This document shows, one piece after another, positions 36,774 to 41,072 of a stretch of DNA of 41,072 bases. The notes under the pieces are model-generated. The model was not told the origin of the DNA, made no database searches, and saw only the letters and a program-made list of their open reading frames with translations. The translations under genes were made by a program, and so were the position numbers. Each line of letters starts with the position of its first letter. The stretch's first letter is position 1. Source of the DNA: an uncultured Planctomycetaceae bacterium. GTDB taxonomy: Bacteria > Planctomycetota > Planctomycetia > Pirellulales > UBA7805. The DNA lies in NCBI GenBank assembly GCA_964347545.1, contig CAYFZZ010000251.1, positions 1-41,072 of the forward strand, given 5' to 3'.

Positions 36774-37652
36774 ATGAACCGCGCTCGTTGTTTGCTGGAG
36801 ATCCTGCTCTGTACGGCGGCCCTCTTTTTGGGGGGCTGTGGAGGCGGAGCGGAGAACGAATCGGGTACCGCGGGCGACGCGGCCACCGCAGGTGCCGGGG
36901 AGGGGGCTCAAGCAGCGGGCACCGACGCCCGGGGGGATGGCCTGGACCCGGTGATTGACGTCGATCCCACCGAGTACACCAAATACCTGGCCAGCCGCGA
37001 AGACACCATCGGCGATCCGGTCTTCCTGGAACTGAAAGATGTTTTGACAAAGTATGAAAACGGAAAGAACAAACGCAGTTTCCAGCTGCAGCTCTTCAAG
37101 AATCATCCACCCCGCATGCATGGCGAATTCCGCGAGTGGTGGGAGAATGGTCAGCTGTGGAAAAAGGGTCAGTACCGAGAGGGGAAGCAGGTTGGTGCCT
37201 GGGAGTCCTACAACGATTCCGGCCAGCTGCTCAAATCGGGCGCTTTCCTCGACGGGCGGCCGGATGGCGAGTGGTCCTATTTCCGTACCGATGGCACCCT
37301 CCAGCGGATGGAGTCGTACCGCAAAGGGGAACGGCACGGGTTCTGGAGGGATTACGATGCGACAGGAAAGGTTCTGCTGGTCGAGGTGCACTACAAAGAG
37401 GGCAAACGGGATGGCGTCTGCAGCAAATGGTATCCGCTTGCCGAAGGCCAAGAGACGCCAATCAAACAGCGGGAAGTCGCGTTCGTCGCGGGGCGCCAGC
37501 ATGGGAGGCTCAACGAGTGGTATCCGAATGGCCAGTTGCGGCATCAATTTGATTTCCGGAATGGCAAGCGTCATGGACGAGCTGCGGAGTGGGACGAGGA
37601 CGGCAAGCTGGTGAACGAGCTGCAGTTTCGGGACGGTGAACTGGTCAACTAG
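36774..37652 (+). CDS. MORN-variant / YwqK-family repeat lipoprotein
   Basis: This is track ORF 36720..37652(+), taken from ATG 36774. Its N-terminus MNRARCLLEILLCTAALFLGGCGGG carries a lipobox. Repeats include HGEFREWWENGQ, VGAWESYNDSGQ, DGEWSYFRTDGT, HGFWRDYDATGK, HGRLNEWYPNGQ and HGRAAEWDEDGK. Confidence 0.8.
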   Translation: MNRARCLLEILLCTAALFLGGCGGGAENESGTAGDAATAGAGEGAQAAGTDARGDGLDPVIDVDPTEYTKYLASREDTIGDPVFLELKDVLTKYENGKNKRSFQLQLFKNHPPRMHGEFREWWENGQLWKKGQYREGKQVGAWESYNDSGQLLKSGAFLDGRPDGEWSYFRTDGTLQRMESYRKGERHGFWRDYDATGKVLLVEVHYKEGKRDGVCSKWYPLAEGQETPIKQREVAFVAGRQHGRLNEWYPNGQLRHQFDFRNGKRHGRAAEWDEDGKLVNELQFRDGELVN

Positions 37653-37854
37653 GGGGTCGGTCGCGGAGGGAATGGTGTTGGTTCCGGTTCCGTCGCCAGG
37701 CCGCGGCAAGGGTTTGATCGATCCGGGGCAGGGATGATGGGTGGTTGTTTTTACCCCAGGGGGGGTGCAGACCGGGCCGATGCGGGCCGCGGGTGCCGAG
37801 CGGGCGTGGCGCGGGCGGGAACGGAATTCTTGACAGGCTTGACAGGAAAGATTC

Positions 37855-39861
37855 ATGTTGGATGACAGACAGGATGGGGATCCGGGCCAGGGCTCGTCTG
37901 AGCAGAAAAAGCCACCCCGCATGCGCCTGAATGCCACTTCGCTGGTGTTTTTGGCCGTGTTGCTGCTGGCCTTAGGGATGCTGATTTTTTCGAACACGGG
38001 CCCCCAGCGGTCGGCGATCAGCTACGATTTCTTCCGCGCTCAACTGGACGCGGACAACATCGCTGAAATCGAAATCGACGGCCAGAACGTCCAAGGCAAA
38101 TTCAAGGAACCGCCGCTGAAGCCCCCCGGGGCCGACAGCGAGAAAGGCAAGGCGGCTGGCGAGGCGGCGGCGAAATACCTGGAACACTTCCACGTGGTGC
38201 TCAGCCCCCTGGTCGGTGAAGAACTGGACCAGGAATTGCTAAAGCGGGGTGTGGTCGTCAAGCCGCAGGTGCCCACCGACAGCACCAGCATGCTGATCTT
38301 CGTCTACCTCTTCGTGACGATCTTGCTGTTCGTGGCCTTTGTCACCATGTTTCGTCGAGCCCGGGACCAGTTCATGGGTGGGGGGGGCATCCTGTCAGGT
38401 TTTTCCAAAAGCCCGGCCCAACGTTACGAATCGAGCGACAAGCGGGTGACCTTTGGCGATGTGGCTGGCCTGGAGGGGGTCAAGCGGGATCTGCAGGAAG
38501 TGATCGATTTCCTCAAGGATCCAGAAAAGTTCCAAAGGTTGGGGGGCCGTGTGCCCAAGGGAATCCTGCTGAACGGCCCTCCCGGCACCGGCAAGACCTT
38601 GCTGGCTCGTGCCGTGGCGGGCGAAGCCGGGGTGCCGTTTTACTCCATCAACGGGTCGGAATTCATCCAGATGTTTGTGGGCGTCGGCGCGGGGCGGGTC
38701 CGCGACCTGTTCCGGACCGCCAAAGAGAACGCGCCTTGCATTCTGTTCATCGACGAAATCGATGCGGTGGGCCGTCATCGCGGAGCGGGATTGGGGGGGG
38801 GGCATGACGAGCGGGAGCAGACGCTGAATCAGATTCTGAGCGAGATGGATGGGTTCCAGCCCAACGAATCGGTGATTGTCCTGGCCGCCACGAATCGGCC
38901 CGACGTGCTGGACCCGGCCCTGCTCCGCCCGGGACGCTTTGATCGCCACATCACCGTCGATCGACCCACCCAACAAGGGCGGGTCGCCATCTTTCGGGTC
39001 CACTGCCACAACGTCCCCCTGGCCGACGATGTGGACTTGACCAAGCTGGCGGCCGGCACTGTGGGCCTGACCGGCGCGGATATTCGCAACCTGGTCAACG
39101 AAGCGGCCCTGTGGGCCACCCGCCAGGGCAAAGACAGCGTCGACATGGACGACTTTGAACACGCCCGCGACAAGGTGATCATGGGGGCCAAGCGGGAAGA
39201 GGTGCTGTCGGGCAAAGAGAAGGACATGACCGCTTACCACGAAGCGGGACACGCCTTGCTGGCCTGGCTGGTCCCCGGCAACGACCGGCTGCACAAGGTC
39301 ACGATCATCCCCCGGGGCCGTGCCCTGGGCGTCACCCAACTGCTGCCCGAGGAAGATCGGCTGAACATCAGCGAAAGCGACCTCAGGGCTCGGCTGGTGT
39401 TCACCATGGGCGGCCGCGCTGCGGAAAAGCTGGTTTATGACGAGTACAGTGCGGGAGCGGAAAATGATTTGACTCAGGCAACCAATCTTGCCCGCCGCAT
39501 GGTGGCCCATTGGGGGATGAGTGAAAAACTGGGACCGGTCGCTTATCATCTCTCCGAGGAACATCCCTTCTTGGGACGGGAAATCCACGAACAACGGCAA
39601 TTCAGCGAACATACCCAACAGCTGATCGACGAAGAGGTCGCTCGCCTGCTGCACGAATCCGACAGCCGCGCGCGGGATGTTTTGCAGCAGCACCGAGACA
39701 AGCTGGACAAGCTGGCCCACGAGTTGATCGAGCGGGAAGTGCTGGACGAAGACGAAATTGAAGAATTGATTGGACCGTCCGCTTACGCTGTCCATGAAGG
39801 AAATGGCAGTGAAGGGAAGCCAGCGGACTCGCAGAAGGTCTCCGGCGACGTCGGCGCCTGA
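37855..39861 (+). CDS. ftsH: ATP-dependent zinc metalloprotease FtsH
   Basis: This is track ORF 37855..39861(+). It has two TM helices, Walker A GPPGTGKT, Walker B ILFIDEID, the SRH motif [20 protein letters not shown], and the zinc site HEAGHAL. Confidence 0.97.
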   Translation: MLDDRQDGDPGQGSSEQKKPPRMRLNATSLVFLAVLLLALGMLIFSNTGPQRSAISYDFFRAQLDADNIAEIEIDGQNVQGKFKEPPLKPPGADSEKGKAAGEAAAKYLEHFHVVLSPLVGEELDQELLKRGVVVKPQVPTDSTSMLIFVYLFVTILLFVAFVTMFRRARDQFMGGGGILSGFSKSPAQRYESSDKRVTFGDVAGLEGVKRDLQEVIDFLKDPEKFQRLGGRVPKGILLNGPPGTGKTLLARAVAGEAGVPFYSINGSEFIQMFVGVGAGRVRDLFRTAKENAPCILFIDEIDAVGRHRGAGLGGGHDEREQTLNQILSEMDGFQPNESVIVLAATNRPDVLDPALLRPGRFDRHITVDRPTQQGRVAIFRVHCHNVPLADDVDLTKLAAGTVGLTGADIRNLVNEAALWATRQGKDSVDMDDFEHARDKVIMGAKREEVLSGKEKDMTAYHEAGHALLAWLVPGNDRLHKVTIIPRGRALGVTQLLPEEDRLNISESDLRARLVFTMGGRAAEKLVYDEYSAGAENDLTQATNLARRMVAHWGMSEKLGPVAYHLSEEHPFLGREIHEQRQFSEHTQQLIDEEVARLLHESDSRARDVLQQHRDKLDKLAHELIEREVLDEDEIEELIGPSAYAVHEGNGSEGKPADSQKVSGDVGA

Positions 39862-39913
39862 AGGTGTTCTGGCCAGACTTGCAGGGAAAAGATGCCGAAG
39901 CGGGGGGAGTGGC

Positions 39914-41005
39914 GTGCAGCGACAACCGGTTTCTGATCACGCGCAGCCCGGCCCCGCGGGGACGGCCGCGGTGGCCCCGCCCAGCTTGGCGCCGTCCGCG
40001 GCCGTCGCCGAACTGCCCCATCCCTGGGCATGGCTGCGGCTGCCGATTCTGCTGAGTTTGCTGCTGTGGGGCGCCGAGGTGGCGGTGCTGACGCCCCAAT
40101 TCGAGTTCAAGGCCGGCGCGATGCGGTATGTCGCGCACCCGCTGACCGCCAATTTCGTCTTTCTGGCCACCGTGTTGTTTTTGCTGCTGGCCGGCGATCG
40201 CCTGGGGGGCGGCAACGCCTGGGATCGGCGAACGGCCCCGCACCGCCTCGCCTGGCTGGCGGTCAATCTGGTCAGTTTCGCTCTCCTGTGGGCGGTCACC
40301 TTGCGGTTGCAGGGGATGGCGGCGGGAGGTCCTGCCTATGGGGGGCTGGTCGCGGCCTGGGGAGTGCTGGCCCTCACGGTCGGACTCACGGCCTGGTTGG
40401 CGTTCCTGTCCGCTCGGCGGCTGGCGGCCTGGCTGGGCGACAGTTGGGAAAAGGCCTTCGCCGCCACTGTGCTCGCCCTGACGTTGACCCTCTTGACCCC
40501 GGAAATCCGCAGGCTGTGGTATTTCCTCCATCCCCCCGTCGCCGGCCTGACCCTCCAACTGCTGGAATGGACCGGCTACTCGGAACTGGTCTCCTTTGTC
40601 TCGCCCCGGTCGGGCAATCCCGTATTGGGATCGCGGCAAGCGGTGGTGCTGGAGGTCACGCCCTTTTGCGCGGAAGTCGAATCGCTGGCGGTCTTTTGCC
40701 TGTTGGGCGGCGCCTTGCTGGTGGCCGGCGGCCAGCGGATCCACCGCCTCCGGTTGGGCGTCGTCCTCCTGGGCGGCCTGGGTCTGCTGTATGTCCTCAA
40801 CGCCGTCCGCCTCTACCTCCTCATCGACCTGGCCGCTCGCCTGGACGACGTCCTCGTGGCGGTCAAGCTGGCCCACTCCCGTGTGGGACACGTGGCCTTT
40901 CTGGCCCTGTCGCTGGTCATGCTGATCGGCACCTCTCCCTGGTGGTATCGGCAGGCACCCGAGGCTGCCCCGGACTTGCACCCCCCCCCCGGCGGGCCAG
41001 AATGA
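39914..41005 (+). CDS. Exosortase/archaeosortase-family polytopic membrane protein
   Basis: This is track ORF 39770..41005(+). GTG 39914 is the first plausible start after the ftsH stop, so the start is uncertain. It has about 8 TM helices. The family catalytic signature occurs in order: Cys in EVTPFCAEVESL, N-x-x-R in YVLNAVRLYL, and His in LAHSRVGHVAF. Confidence 0.7.
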   Translation: MQRQPVSDHAQPGPAGTAAVAPPSLAPSAAVAELPHPWAWLRLPILLSLLLWGAEVAVLTPQFEFKAGAMRYVAHPLTANFVFLATVLFLLLAGDRLGGGNAWDRRTAPHRLAWLAVNLVSFALLWAVTLRLQGMAAGGPAYGGLVAAWGVLALTVGLTAWLAFLSARRLAAWLGDSWEKAFAATVLALTLTLLTPEIRRLWYFLHPPVAGLTLQLLEWTGYSELVSFVSPRSGNPVLGSRQAVVLEVTPFCAEVESLAVFCLLGGALLVAGGQRIHRLRLGVVLLGGLGLLYVLNAVRLYLLIDLAARLDDVLVAVKLAHSRVGHVAFLALSLVMLIGTSPWWYRQAPEAAPDLHPPPGGPE

Positions 41006-41072
41006 ACCTTGCCGATGCTCGACCCCGCCGCGTGATCACCCCCCCTGCCGGGCGCCGCTTGTAATGTCCTCC

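Noticed and set aside
37830-37847. Duplicated TTGACAGG (TTGACAGGCTTGACAGGA) immediately upstream of the ftsH ATG, considered as tandem -35 boxes or a leaderless promoter.
   Set aside because: It sits only 8-25 nt from the start codon, with no credible -10 element at the right spacing. I cannot distinguish it from chance without transcription start site data.
36696-37997. A 433-aa minus-strand ORF, plus the minus-strand ORFs 38395-39795 and 39602-40981.
   Set aside because: They run antisense to the MORN lipoprotein, ftsH and the exosortase-family gene respectively. None has independent features.
41002-41064. A 20-codon ORF that overlaps the exosortase-family stop by ATGA.
   Set aside because: It is too short and featureless to call. 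I mention it only under the exosortase finding.

Overview
This is a visibly GC-rich bacterial chromosomal segment (exact GC not computed). It is most likely Planctomycetota. That call is an inference from a PSCyt-like C-x4-CH motif protein, MORN/YwqK-repeat proteins, Pro/Ala-rich linkers and GC-rich palindromic intergenic repeats. The content is mostly core housekeeping. It contains an SSS symporter with its DUF4212 partner, a PAP2 phosphatase, tRNA-Leu(UAG), two tandem PilT-family ATPases, malic enzyme, katG, an Sfp-type PPTase, a VOC protein, rph and argF-argD-argB. It also carries a Firmicute-like supercluster (GlmU-N-like NTP-transferase, prs, L25/Ctc, pth, rpsF, ssb, rplI, dnaB), an Omp85/BamA locus, an SDR, an MDR-type dehydrogenase, ftsH and an exosortase-family membrane protein. 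I saw no transposase, integrase, CRISPR array or rRNA. Long antisense ORFs are common, as expected at this GC content, and I reject them. The items most worth a second look are: (1) the Omp85/BamA homologue is encoded as two overlapping ORFs, a POTRA-only secreted protein and a barrel that starts with a textbook lipoprotein signal peptide; (2) an orphan 532-aa protein joins a DprA/SLOG-like Rossmann region to an AbiGi-like C-terminal domain; (3) a 1.5-kb non-coding island upstream of katG is packed with several repeat families, including G-quadruplex-prone heptamers, REP-like palindromes and an orphan minus-strand terminator; (4) a PilT ATPase carries an MshEN-like N-terminal module; (5) an exosortase-family gene sits directly behind ftsH. 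All functional calls come from reading the translated ORFs for motifs. No database search was run.
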